From a bacterium UBP3_UBA3054 (GTDB taxonomy: Bacteria > Auribacterota > UBA3054): a DNA stretch of 40,285 nt. The position numbers and the translations under genes were made by a program. Location: contig DFCM01000137.1 of NCBI GenBank assembly GCA_002366995.1, positions 1 through 40,285 on the forward strand, in the 5' to 3' direction. This document shows positions 24,712 to 33,035 of the stretch, piece by piece (the first letter of the stretch is position 1; each line of letters starts with the position of its first letter). The notes beneath the pieces were generated by a model. That model was not told the DNA's origin, made no database searches, and worked only from the letters and a program-made list of their open reading frames with translations.

Positions 24712-25274
24712 TTGTTACCTCCGTAGATGAGAGCTTCCAGCTCTTGCGCGGCTCTGTCGGCGTCGTCGTTTATGACGGTGTGGTCGAACCAGACGTGCTC
24801 CGCCATCTCGCTTTTGGCTTTGGCTAATCTTTTCGCGATCACTTCCTCGCTGTCGGTGCCGCGGCCCCTCAATCTTCTCTCCAGCTCCTCATATGAGGGC
24901 GGCATGATGAAGATGAGGTGCGCCTCCGGCATCTTTTCGTGCACGGATCTTGCGCCCTGCACGTCAATGTCCAGCAGAACGTAGTAGCCTTCCTTGAGCT
25001 GGCGCTCCACCGCCTCTCTGGGCGTGCCGTAATAATTGCCGTGCACAGTGGCATGCTCTAAGAAGCGGTCCTCTTTGAGCCAGGTCTGGAAAGTCTCCAC
25101 GGAAAGGAAAAAGTAATCCTTTCCCTCGATTTCGCCTACTCTCGGCGGCCGCGTGGTCGCTGAGACGGAGAATCTCAGATCATCGTGCCTCGCCATGAGC
25201 TTGGCGACGATGGTGGATTTTCCCGCGCCGGAAGGACCGGTCAGGACAAACGCTCTGCACTTGGGATCAGCCAT
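24708..25274 (-). CDS. gmk: Guanylate kinase
   Basis: P-loop LTGPSGAGKST and the ATTRPPRVGEIEGKDYFF signature. Confidence 0.92.
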   Translation of the reverse strand: MADPKCRAFVLTGPSGAGKSTIVAKLMARHDDLRFSVSATTRPPRVGEIEGKDYFFLSVETFQTWLKEDRFLEHATVHGNYYGTPREAVERQLKEGYYVLLDIDVQGARSVHEKMPEAHLIFIMPPSYEELERRLRGRGTDSEEVIAKRLAKAKSEMAEHVWFDHTVINDDADRAAQELEALIYGGNK

Positions 25275-25756
25275 TATTTTTTCGTTTTGGTCGTCTTTTT
25301 GGCGGCGGGTTTTTTCGCGGGCTTTTTCGCGGGCTTTTCTTCTTTGGGTTCCTCTTTGGCTTTTTTGGGCGCGGCTTTCTTGGCCGGGACCAGATCCTCG
25401 AAGAAGGTCTCCCTGTTGGCCCAGATCTCCTCGATGTTGTATTCCGCCCTGGCTTCTTCCGTGAAGAGGTGGACGATCACGTCGACAAGGTCGACCGCCA
25501 CCCAGTTGTTGCCGGAGAGCGTTTCGTCCGCGCTGTAGGGCTTGACGCCCATGCCTTTCAGCTCTTTCAGAAGATTCTGCCCGGCCGCCTGCATCTGCCT
25601 TTCGTTCCTGACGGAACCGACGATGAAGAAGTCCGTGATGGGAGAGAAGCCTCTGACGTCATAGATCTTGATGTCGCTGACCTGCTTGTCTTCCAGAAGC
25701 GAGCGGTAGGTGAAAACGATCTCGGGGAGGTTGGGATTTTTTGCGGTTTTTGCCAT
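25274..25756 (-). CDS. rsfS: Ribosome silencing factor RsfS (iojap family) with a Lys-rich C-terminal tail
   Basis: DIKIYDVRGFSPITDFFIVGSVRNERQMQA...WVAVDLVDVIVHLF, then PAKKAAPKKAKEEPKEEKPAKKPAKKPAAKKTTKTKK. Confidence 0.85.
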   Translation of the reverse strand: MAKTAKNPNLPEIVFTYRSLLEDKQVSDIKIYDVRGFSPITDFFIVGSVRNERQMQAAGQNLLKELKGMGVKPYSADETLSGNNWVAVDLVDVIVHLFTEEARAEYNIEEIWANRETFFEDLVPAKKAAPKKAKEEPKEEKPAKKPAKKPAAKKTTKTKK

Positions 25757-25757
25757 G

Positions 25758-26993
25758 TTATTTTCCTGTATAAAGTTTTTTGCTTTTTATTAGCTTCGCT
25801 ACAGAAGCGGGAATATCTTTCTTATCTATCTTACCTTCTTTCAGCTTTTGACGCAAAGCGGTGGAAGAAACGTCGGTGGCGGGACCCTTTATCAGGATGT
25901 CAGGGGGCTTTATTTTCGCCGCTTCTCCCTTGCGCTGGTAAACAGCCAGCTTTGCCAGTTTCTTGATCTTTTCGGGTTCGCGCCAGGTGCCGAAACCCAA
26001 GTAATTGTCGGAGCCCAGAAGGAAGTAGAGCTCGCAGGGCGCGAATCTTTTTTTCAGCGTTTGCAGCGTTTCCACGGTGTAGGAGACGCCGCCTCTTGTT
26101 AGTTCGCAGCTTTCCAGCCTGAAGGCGGGCTCCTTTCTCAGCGCGGCGCTGATCAGTTCGCAGCGAGCTTTGTTGTCGGCGTAGATCTTGTCCCTTTTGT
26201 GCGGCGCGATGTAGGCCGGCACGAAAAGCGTAAGATCGAGTCCGAGCTGCTTCTTGGCCCTTTTGGCGATGGCTAAGTGCGTTTTGTGCACGGGATCGAA
26301 GGATCCTCCGAAAACGCCTATCTTCAGTTTCGCCCTCCTGGGCTTCAAAAGTTTTACGATGTCCCCTGTCTTCTCTGCGTAGAGTTCCGGATTGTAGGGC
26401 GCGACGTCTTCCTTGTCGCGGAAGCCCCAGGCGACGGCCATTACCGGGATCTTGGCGTTCCTGGCGGTCTGCATGTCCACCTCGGAATCTCCGATGTAGA
26501 CCGCTTCCTCAGGCTTGGCGCCGAGCTGCCTTAGGGCTTCCCAGACGGCGTCCGGAGCGGGTTTCCTGTCCCGTCCCGCCTTGTCGCCCAAGGCGGCGTC
26601 CCAAAGGCCCGGGAAGAAACGCTTGGCGAGTTTTCTGACCGCGCGCTCGGGTTTGTTGGAGACGATGGCAATCTTAAAGCCAAGCTCTCTTAATTTTCGC
26701 AGCGCTTCCGGGATCCCGGGATAGGGCTTGGTTTTTACGACGGTATGCGCCGCGTAGTAGCGGCGCATATCCGCCAGTATTTCCGGATACTCCGGATCGC
26801 GCAGGCCTTCTTTTAGCGAGCGCTCCACGAGCTTGCCCACGCCGTTTCCGACGTAGCGCCTGGCCTCGCCGAGCGTGATAGGAGGCCTGCTATGTTTGCT
26901 CAAGGCGAAATTGACGGCGGTCTGAAGATCGATCAGGGTGTCCAAAAGCGTCCCGTCAAGATCGAAGACCGCGCATTTGATGGTCTTGCCCAT
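25758..26993 (-). CDS. nadD: Fusion of a HAD-superfamily phosphatase (Gph-like) and nicotinate-nucleotide adenylyltransferase
   Basis: I start it at MGKTIKCAVFDLDGTLLDT, HAD motif I, with the ATG at 26991-26993. The HAD part also has IVSNK and YIGDSEVDM. The C-terminal half has IGVFGGSFDPVHKTHLAIA...VPAYIAPHK...SSTALR, which are NadD motifs. Confidence 0.85.
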   Translation of the reverse strand: MGKTIKCAVFDLDGTLLDTLIDLQTAVNFALSKHSRPPITLGEARRYVGNGVGKLVERSLKEGLRDPEYPEILADMRRYYAAHTVVKTKPYPGIPEALRKLRELGFKIAIVSNKPERAVRKLAKRFFPGLWDAALGDKAGRDRKPAPDAVWEALRQLGAKPEEAVYIGDSEVDMQTARNAKIPVMAVAWGFRDKEDVAPYNPELYAEKTGDIVKLLKPRRAKLKIGVFGGSFDPVHKTHLAIAKRAKKQLGLDLTLFVPAYIAPHKRDKIYADNKARCELISAALRKEPAFRLESCELTRGGVSYTVETLQTLKKRFAPCELYFLLGSDNYLGFGTWREPEKIKKLAKLAVYQRKGEAAKIKPPDILIKGPATDVSSTALRQKLKEGKIDKKDIPASVAKLIKSKKLYTGK

Positions 26994-27958
26994 CAATTCC
27001 ACCAGAGCTCGCCCTCCATTTTTTCCCTGATCATGTTGCGCTTCAAAAAGCCGATGGCGCTTTCCAAGCCTTCCCTGGGCGTCATGAGGCTGTCTTCGTG
27101 CTCGATAGAAAGGGCGTAGTCGTAGCCTTCCATCCTGAGCGCGCCGAAGATCTGCTTCCACTGCTGCTCGCTCATGCCGTGGCCGACGGTCCTGAAGAGC
27201 CAGGCGCGGTCTCTTTCCTTGTCGAAGGGTTTCGTTTCAAGCACGCCTGCCCTGGCGACCACTTCCGGATGCATCTCGGTGTCCTTGGCGTGGAAGAAAT
27301 GGATGGCCTTGCCGAGGTAGCGGATGACGGAAACGATGTCCATGCCCTGCCAGATGAGGTGCGAGGGGTCAAGGTTGGCGCCCACGATGTCGCCTACGGC
27401 CGATCTGAGCCGCATGAGCGTCTCGGGGTTGTAGACGCAGAAGCCCGGGTGCATTTCCAGGCCGACGTACTTGACGCCGCCGTTCTCCGCGATCTTCGCG
27501 GCCTTCTGCCAGTACGGGATCAGAACTTCGTTCCACTGGTAGTCGAGAACTTTCCGGTACTCCGTGGGCCAGGTGCATGTCACCCAGTTGGGCTGGTCGC
27601 CCTTGCCGTCGCCGGGGCAGCCGGAGAAGGTCACAAGGTGGTCGACGCCCAATTGTCCGCAAAGCTCGCAGGCCGCCTCAAAGTCCGCTTCGAACTTCGC
27701 GGCGATCTCGGGGTCGGGATGCACGCAGTTGCCGTGCACCGAGAGGCAGACGAGGTTTATCTCGTGCTTCTTGAAAGTGTCTAAGAGTTCCTGCCTGGCC
27801 TTAGGATCCTTGACGAGCTTCTTGGCGTCCGCGTGAGCGGTGCCGGGGTAGCCGCCGACGCCCAGTTCCAGGGCGTCCACGCCCAGGCCTTTCAGATAAG
27901 AGAGGGCGGCGTCAAGGCTCATGTCGGCCAGAGCCGGGCTGAATACGCAAAGCTGCAT
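26993..27958 (-). CDS. Sugar phosphate isomerase/epimerase (xylose-isomerase-like TIM barrel)
   Basis: 321 aa with LGVDALELGVGGYPG...INLVCLSVHGN...VGLEMHPG...SIEHED, typical of the AP_endonuc_2/TIM-barrel family. Confidence 0.8.
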   Translation of the reverse strand: MQLCVFSPALADMSLDAALSYLKGLGVDALELGVGGYPGTAHADAKKLVKDPKARQELLDTFKKHEINLVCLSVHGNCVHPDPEIAAKFEADFEAACELCGQLGVDHLVTFSGCPGDGKGDQPNWVTCTWPTEYRKVLDYQWNEVLIPYWQKAAKIAENGGVKYVGLEMHPGFCVYNPETLMRLRSAVGDIVGANLDPSHLIWQGMDIVSVIRYLGKAIHFFHAKDTEMHPEVVARAGVLETKPFDKERDRAWLFRTVGHGMSEQQWKQIFGALRMEGYDYALSIEHEDSLMTPREGLESAIGFLKRNMIREKMEGELWWN

Positions 27959-27967
27959 ATTGCCTCC

Positions 27968-29068
27968 TTATTTTTTGGAGCTTTTCTGTTTCTTGAAGTA
28001 GAAGGGTTTGCCGGTCTTGGCGGATTCGTAGATGCCTTCCAGGATCTGCGTGACAACGTAGGCCTGTTCGGCTTTGACCACCAGTTCGCCTTTGCCGAGG
28101 ACGGCCTGCGTGAAGACGCGGGCTTCCCTGTCTTCCGAAGTCTCGGAGTGGCCGTCGTAGAAGGCGACGCCGCTGGCCTTTAGGTCGGGCTTAAGGACGT
28201 AGCGGGCGTTGTTCTTGATGCCGTTGATCCTGAGGCCGTCCTTCATGTCGGCGCCGGCTAAGGTTCCGGAAAATTCCGTGCAGGCTTCGCCGGTGGAGAG
28301 CGTGTTAAGCGCCCAGCTCGATTCCACGATGATGGTGGCGCCGTTCTTCATGACGACGAAACCGAAGGCGCTGTCTTCCACCGTGAACTTCTTGGGATCC
28401 CAGTCGCCCCAGGCGTTGCCCTGGTCGGTCTGCTTGTTGAGCTTGTGGTACGTCGTGCCGACGGCGTAGGCGGGCTCGTAGTTGTTGAGCATGTAGAGCG
28501 TCAGGTCGAGGGTGTGCGTCGCGATGTCGATCAGCGGACCGCCGCCCTGCTGCTTCTCATCAAGGAAGACGCCCCAGGTCGGGACGGCTCTGCGGCGGAT
28601 AGCCTGGGCTTTGGCGTAGTAGATGTCGCCGAAGGTGCCCTTCTCGCATTCCTTCTTCAAAAAGATGGCCTGCGGAGTGTAGCGGCTCTGATAGCCGATG
28701 GTGAGGATGCGTTTATACTTCTTGGCGGCGTCCAGCATCTTCTTCGCTTCTTTGGAATTGATGGCCATGGGCTTTTCGCACATGACGTGCTTGCCGGCTT
28801 TCATGGCGTCCACGGAAATGAAGCTGTGGGCGAGGTTCGGGGTCAGGACCAAAACCGCTTCGATGCTCTTGTCTTTCAAAAGCTCCTTGTAGTCTTTGTA
28901 GACCTTGGCGCCGGGAACGCCGTATTCCTTGGCGGCCTTTTCGGCTCTTTCCACGATGATGTCGCAGAAAGCGACCAATTCGGAATCAGGATTGTGCTTG
29001 TGGGCCGGAAGGTGCTTGCCGTTGGCAATGCCGCCGCAGCCGATGACGCCGATGCGAACTTTTTTCAT
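27968..29068 (-). CDS. Gfo/Idh/MocA-family NAD(P)-dependent oxidoreductase
   Basis: MKKVRIGVIGCGGIANGKHLPA Rossmann N-terminus, plus VMCEKPMA. Confidence 0.88.
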   Translation of the reverse strand: MKKVRIGVIGCGGIANGKHLPAHKHNPDSELVAFCDIIVERAEKAAKEYGVPGAKVYKDYKELLKDKSIEAVLVLTPNLAHSFISVDAMKAGKHVMCEKPMAINSKEAKKMLDAAKKYKRILTIGYQSRYTPQAIFLKKECEKGTFGDIYYAKAQAIRRRAVPTWGVFLDEKQQGGGPLIDIATHTLDLTLYMLNNYEPAYAVGTTYHKLNKQTDQGNAWGDWDPKKFTVEDSAFGFVVMKNGATIIVESSWALNTLSTGEACTEFSGTLAGADMKDGLRINGIKNNARYVLKPDLKASGVAFYDGHSETSEDREARVFTQAVLGKGELVVKAEQAYVVTQILEGIYESAKTGKPFYFKKQKSSKK

Positions 29069-29098
29069 TTTTTCTCCTTTGAGGGGTGTTATATTTAT

Positions 29099-29830
29099 TT
29101 AATTTTCTGCGATGGGTTCCAGAGGCTTAACATTGGGGCAGTCGATCTCCGTTAGCCACTTGTCGGGCTTCACGAATTCCGCGATGTTCGTTAAAAGCTT
29201 CTGGATCTTGGGATCCTGGTAAACGGGATAGGTCTCGTGTCCGGGCTGGAAATAAATTACCTTGCCGTAGTAACGCTTGAAGAAAGCAATCGAGCGGAAG
29301 ACTTCCCCGCCCTGGAACCAGCCGATGGCCAGAAGCCTGTCGGGCTGCGGGATGCCGAAAGGCTCGCCGTACATCTCTTCGTGCGGGATCTCGAGGTATT
29401 CGCCATCAAGGCCTTCAAAGATCTGGTGATTGGGCTCCACGAACCACAGTCTTTCCTTTTCGGCCACCTCTCTCCACTTCAGCGTGCAGGGGCCGCCCAC
29501 CAGGGCGCGGAAGGGTTTGGACAAGTGCGCGGAATGCAGAAAGACTATGCCCATGCCTTTCCAGACTCTTCTCACGATCTTCTTAACGAGTTCGTCGTTT
29601 ACTTTGCCGTGATAGCAGTGTCCCCACCAGAAGAGGACGTCGGTAGATTCAAGGAGCTCGTCGGTCAGACCCGCTCCGTCGTCGCCTTCATTCTGCAGCA
29701 CGACGGTCGTCTTGTTGCCGGCTTTCTCAAGGAAAGCGGCGATGGTCTCGCCCATGCCGATGGGATACGCTTCCTTGACTCTGCCTTCGCGCATCTGCTT
29801 GTAGTTTTCGCACCAAATGGTGATGTTCAT
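29099..29830 (-). CDS. ThuA-domain protein (trehalose-utilisation-like; class I glutamine amidotransferase-like fold)
   Basis: MNITIWCENYKQMREGRVKEAYPIGMGETIAAFL...DVLFWWGHCYHGKV...VFLHSAH matches the ThuA family as I remember it. Confidence 0.7.
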   Translation of the reverse strand: MNITIWCENYKQMREGRVKEAYPIGMGETIAAFLEKAGNKTTVVLQNEGDDGAGLTDELLESTDVLFWWGHCYHGKVNDELVKKIVRRVWKGMGIVFLHSAHLSKPFRALVGGPCTLKWREVAEKERLWFVEPNHQIFEGLDGEYLEIPHEEMYGEPFGIPQPDRLLAIGWFQGGEVFRSIAFFKRYYGKVIYFQPGHETYPVYQDPKIQKLLTNIAEFVKPDKWLTEIDCPNVKPLEPIAEN

Positions 29831-29851
29831 AATGTTTCCCCCGCTGTTGGT

Positions 29852-30904
29852 TTAAAAATCTATTTCGACCACTTTGTTTTCCGCGGCTGATTTGGCGGCG
29901 GCGGTCATGATCTTCAGCACGCGCAGGACTTCCCAGTTCTTGACGTAGGGCTCCTCTTCCTTTCTCATCGCCTTGATGAAATGCTTGTAGAAAGCGAAAG
30001 GCTCGGGCTTGACGATCTCCAAGGGCAGCGTCTCCACCGTGTCGTGCGGACGGTAGGCCATGGTCTTCGTGAAGCCGTTGCCGGCCTTGATGCCGGTTAT
30101 CTCCCGCGGTTTTTCCGTGTAGATGGGGCGGACCATTTTGCCGTTCAGATCCCAGTCCTCGACTACCGCCGTGCCGTCGTGGCCGTAGACCACCCAGCGC
30201 GGCAGCGGCGTGAAGCAGTTGGTGTCCACCACGACCTCAACGCACTTGTTGCCACTGAAGACCAGCTCCAGCTTGAAGGCGTCGTCGCAGTCGTAGCCCG
30301 CTTCGAAAGAATACTGGCAGTAAAGATGCAGAAGCTTTTCCTTCATCATGAACATGATCTGGTCGATCATGTGCACGCCCCAGTCGAGCATCATGCCGCC
30401 GCCTTTGATCTTCTCGCAGCGCCAGCCGCTAGGTACGCCGTTTGCGCCCTGCACTCTCGACTCTATGCGGCCGATGGGGCCCAGAAGATTCTTCTCATAA
30501 ATGTTTTTGACGATCAGGTAATCGTCGTCCCAGCGCCTGTTCTGATGCACCATCAGAAGCGTGCCGCATTCGTCGGCGGTCTCCGCCATGTCCTCGAAAA
30601 GGCTCGGCGTGATGGCGGCGGGCTTTTCGCAGATGACGCCTTTGCCGGCTTTGGCGCAGGCTTTGGCGTAAAAGGGATGCCAGTCGTTGGGCGTCGCGAT
30701 CAAGACCGCTTCCAGTTCCGGATCGGCCAAAAGATCCTCGTAATTCTTGTAAACGACGAGGCCGTTTTCGGCCGCTCTTTTCTGACTCTTGGGATCAATG
30801 TCATAGATGCCTTTCGCTTCGATTATTCCGCTTTTGGCCATATGTTTGACATGGTATCCGCCCATGCCTCCGTAACCGATGACGCCGACCTTTACCGTGC
30901 TCAT
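29852..30904 (-). CDS. Gfo/Idh/MocA-family oxidoreductase
   Basis: VKVGVIGYGGMGGYHVKH...VICEKPAA. Confidence 0.88.
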   Translation of the reverse strand: MSTVKVGVIGYGGMGGYHVKHMAKSGIIEAKGIYDIDPKSQKRAAENGLVVYKNYEDLLADPELEAVLIATPNDWHPFYAKACAKAGKGVICEKPAAITPSLFEDMAETADECGTLLMVHQNRRWDDDYLIVKNIYEKNLLGPIGRIESRVQGANGVPSGWRCEKIKGGGMMLDWGVHMIDQIMFMMKEKLLHLYCQYSFEAGYDCDDAFKLELVFSGNKCVEVVVDTNCFTPLPRWVVYGHDGTAVVEDWDLNGKMVRPIYTEKPREITGIKAGNGFTKTMAYRPHDTVETLPLEIVKPEPFAFYKHFIKAMRKEEEPYVKNWEVLRVLKIMTAAAKSAAENKVVEIDF

Positions 30905-30968
30905 AGCTTTTTGTTTTTTTCTCCTGATGTTTTTAAGTGATTGATGTTTTTATATTTTATTATTTTTT

Positions 30969-31886
30969 CTAACTCATGGCGCGCAGCCTCGCCACCCTTT
31001 TCGCGATGGGCGGGTGAGTGGAGAAAAGCGAGTCGGCGCTGAAAAAGGATTTTTTGAAAGGCTCGGAAATGAAAAGCGCGCTGGTGGCGCCGGAGGCGGC
31101 CTTGACTTCCCCGGGATCCGCCGCTATCTTTTCCAGAGCGCTGGCCAGCCCTTCCGGGTTCCTGGTGAGGGCGACGGCCCCCGCGTCCGCCAGATATTCC
31201 CTTTCCCTGGAAATGGCTAGCTGCACGATGGTGGAAAGTATGGGGGCGAAGATCATCAGCGCCAGGGCGACTATCAGGATCAGCGCCTGCCCCTGCCCGG
31301 CTTTCCGGGAAGAGGATCGCCTTCCGCCCCCAAAGAGCATGAAGCGCCAGGCGAAGCGGGCGATCATGGCCACCGCGCCAACCATGAAGCAGACCAGGGT
31401 CGAAAACAGAATGTCGTAGTGCCTGATGTGGGAAAGCTCGTGAGCTATGACGCCTTGCAGTTCGTTTCTGTTCAGCTTCATGAGCAATCCCCTGGTGACC
31501 GCCACCGCGCTGTCTTTGGGATCGCGGCCGGTGGCGAAGGCGTTGGGCGCCGCCTCTTCCATGATGTAAACTTTCGGCATGGGCAGCCCGCCGGCGATAG
31601 CCATCTCCTCCACAACGTTGTAAAGCTGCCGCTCACTTTTGGGATCCGCCTCTTTGGCTCCGCTCAAGGCCATGATGGCCGCGCTGCCCTTAAAATACCC
31701 GAAGAAGATGTAGACCGCGACGAAGATCAGGGAAAGAACAATGACGGCGCCCTGCTCCTCTTTCGGAAAAAAACCGGAAAGCGACGCGCACAAAACCGTC
31801 AAAAGGATCGCCAGAAGCGCGACGAAGAAAACGGATTTCCGCTTGTTGGACCTGATGCAGTCGTGAATGCTTTTTCTTTCCGTCAT
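30969..31886 (-). CDS. htpX: M48-family zinc metalloprotease HtpX
   Basis: Four TM segments, HELSHIRHYD (HExxH) and EREYLADAGA. Confidence 0.9.
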   Translation of the reverse strand: MTERKSIHDCIRSNKRKSVFFVALLAILLTVLCASLSGFFPKEEQGAVIVLSLIFVAVYIFFGYFKGSAAIMALSGAKEADPKSERQLYNVVEEMAIAGGLPMPKVYIMEEAAPNAFATGRDPKDSAVAVTRGLLMKLNRNELQGVIAHELSHIRHYDILFSTLVCFMVGAVAMIARFAWRFMLFGGGRRSSSRKAGQGQALILIVALALMIFAPILSTIVQLAISREREYLADAGAVALTRNPEGLASALEKIAADPGEVKAASGATSALFISEPFKKSFFSADSLFSTHPPIAKRVARLRAMS

Positions 31887-31898
31887 TCGCGGTCCCTT

Positions 31899-32441
31899 TT
31901 AGAACTTCACGTTGGGAGCGGCTTCCTCCGCTTCCGAGACCTGGAAATATTCGTAGGGCTTGAAGGAAAAGATCTTCGCTATTATGACGCTGGGGAAGCT
32001 TTCGCAGCGGGTGTTGAAAGTCATGATGCTGTCGTTGTAATGCTGCCTGGCGAAAGCCACTTTGTTTTCGGTGGCCGTCAGCTCTTCCTGCAAAGAGAGC
32101 ATGTTGGCGTTGGCTTTCAGCTCCGGATATCTTTCCACCACCGCCAAAAGGCCGTGCAGCGAATCCGTCAGCTTGTTCTCCGCGGCGACGGAATCGCGGA
32201 CGCCTTTGGCGTTCAGGGCCAGGTTGCGGGCTTCTATGACTTTTTCCAGAGTTTCCTTCTCGTACTGCATGTAGCCTTTGACGCACTCCACCAGATTGGG
32301 GATCAGTTCATGCCGTCTTTTAAGCTGCACGGAGATCTGGCCCCAGGCGTTCTTGATCTCGTTGGTTCCGCGGACAAATCCGTTGTAGGAAAGGACGGCC
32401 CAGGAGACGAGGATCACAAGCAGGATAATGGTGATCAGCAT
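31899..32441 (-). CDS. lemA: LemA-family membrane protein
   Basis: An N-terminal TM, then YNGFVRGTNEIKNAWGQISVQLKRRHELIPNLVECVKGYMQYEKETL, typical of LemA. Confidence 0.88.
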   Translation of the reverse strand: MLITIILLVILVSWAVLSYNGFVRGTNEIKNAWGQISVQLKRRHELIPNLVECVKGYMQYEKETLEKVIEARNLALNAKGVRDSVAAENKLTDSLHGLLAVVERYPELKANANMLSLQEELTATENKVAFARQHYNDSIMTFNTRCESFPSVIIAKIFSFKPYEYFQVSEAEEAAPNVKF

Positions 32442-32533
32442 AGTTGTTCCTGTTTTTGAATTGGTTATTTGTCTGTCTTTTTACAAGTATATTGTAGCAA
32501 AAGGAAAATGCTTTTAATTAAAGGCGATTCAGG

Positions 32534-32542
32534 CGTGGATAA
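32534..32542 (-). promoter_or_regulatory. DnaA box (TTATCCACG, 1 mismatch)
   Basis: The plus strand reads CGTGGATAA. Confidence 0.6.
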
Positions 32543-32582
32543 TTCATTTTTTCAACAAACTTGCAAACATGTTGCTGACAAG

Positions 32583-32591
32583 TTATCCACA
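32583..32591 (+). promoter_or_regulatory. DnaA box (TTATCCACA, perfect consensus)
   Basis: Exact 9-mer read directly from the sequence. Confidence 0.75.
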
Positions 32592-33035
32592 ATTTTGCAA
32601 AAGGGTGCCGGCGCGCTTTCCGCACACGCTTTTCCGCTTCCGAAAAAGGGCGCTTTTTACGGCCCGGCCGGATGATCGGAAGTTTTTTTCACACCGTTAT
32701 TCACTTTTATATAACCATATTGTAATCAGAGTGTTATATTAAGCCAAGCCGCGCCTCTTGCTTTTCTCGCCCGGGTTTGCTACATTTTTCCCCGTATCAT
32801 TTACCAAAAAGTCTCCTGAACAGGTCTTCTTCGACAAGATATCAACATGCCGTTGTGACTTTTTCAGAAAAACCGTCTTTACAAACGGAGAGGATTATGG
32901 TAAAGTGGTGCCGTTCTTTTTTGCGAAAAGGTAGAAAAGAATGACTGGAAAGAGCGCTGTGCCCTTTTTGGTGTGTGTAAAGAAGCATTTATCGGGCTAA
33001 CCCCCGTGTAACAATATTTCGTGTAAGGTTTTTTC

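Larger units (their letters stand above)
32442..33035. other. oriC, left (dnaA-upstream) part: AT-rich non-coding region with DnaA boxes and presumably the dnaA promoter
   Basis: 594-nt gap between divergent lemA and dnaA. It holds a perfect TTATCCACA, a 1-mismatch box and several 2-mismatch boxes (for example TTTTTCACA and TTATTCACT near 32684-32704), plus AT-rich tracts. Confidence 0.65.

Noticed and set aside
26994-27161. 56-aa N-terminal extension of the HAD-NadD ORF, and similarly the 14-aa extension of 15678-16559
   Set aside because: The extensions overlap the preceding genes. The internal ATGs give canonical N-termini (HAD motif I and a signal peptide respectively) and tidy stop/start overlaps.
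32469-32675. 68-aa plus-strand ORF between lemA and dnaA
   Set aside because: It lies across the DnaA boxes of the origin region and has no RBS or recognisable domain. It is most likely non-coding oriC DNA.
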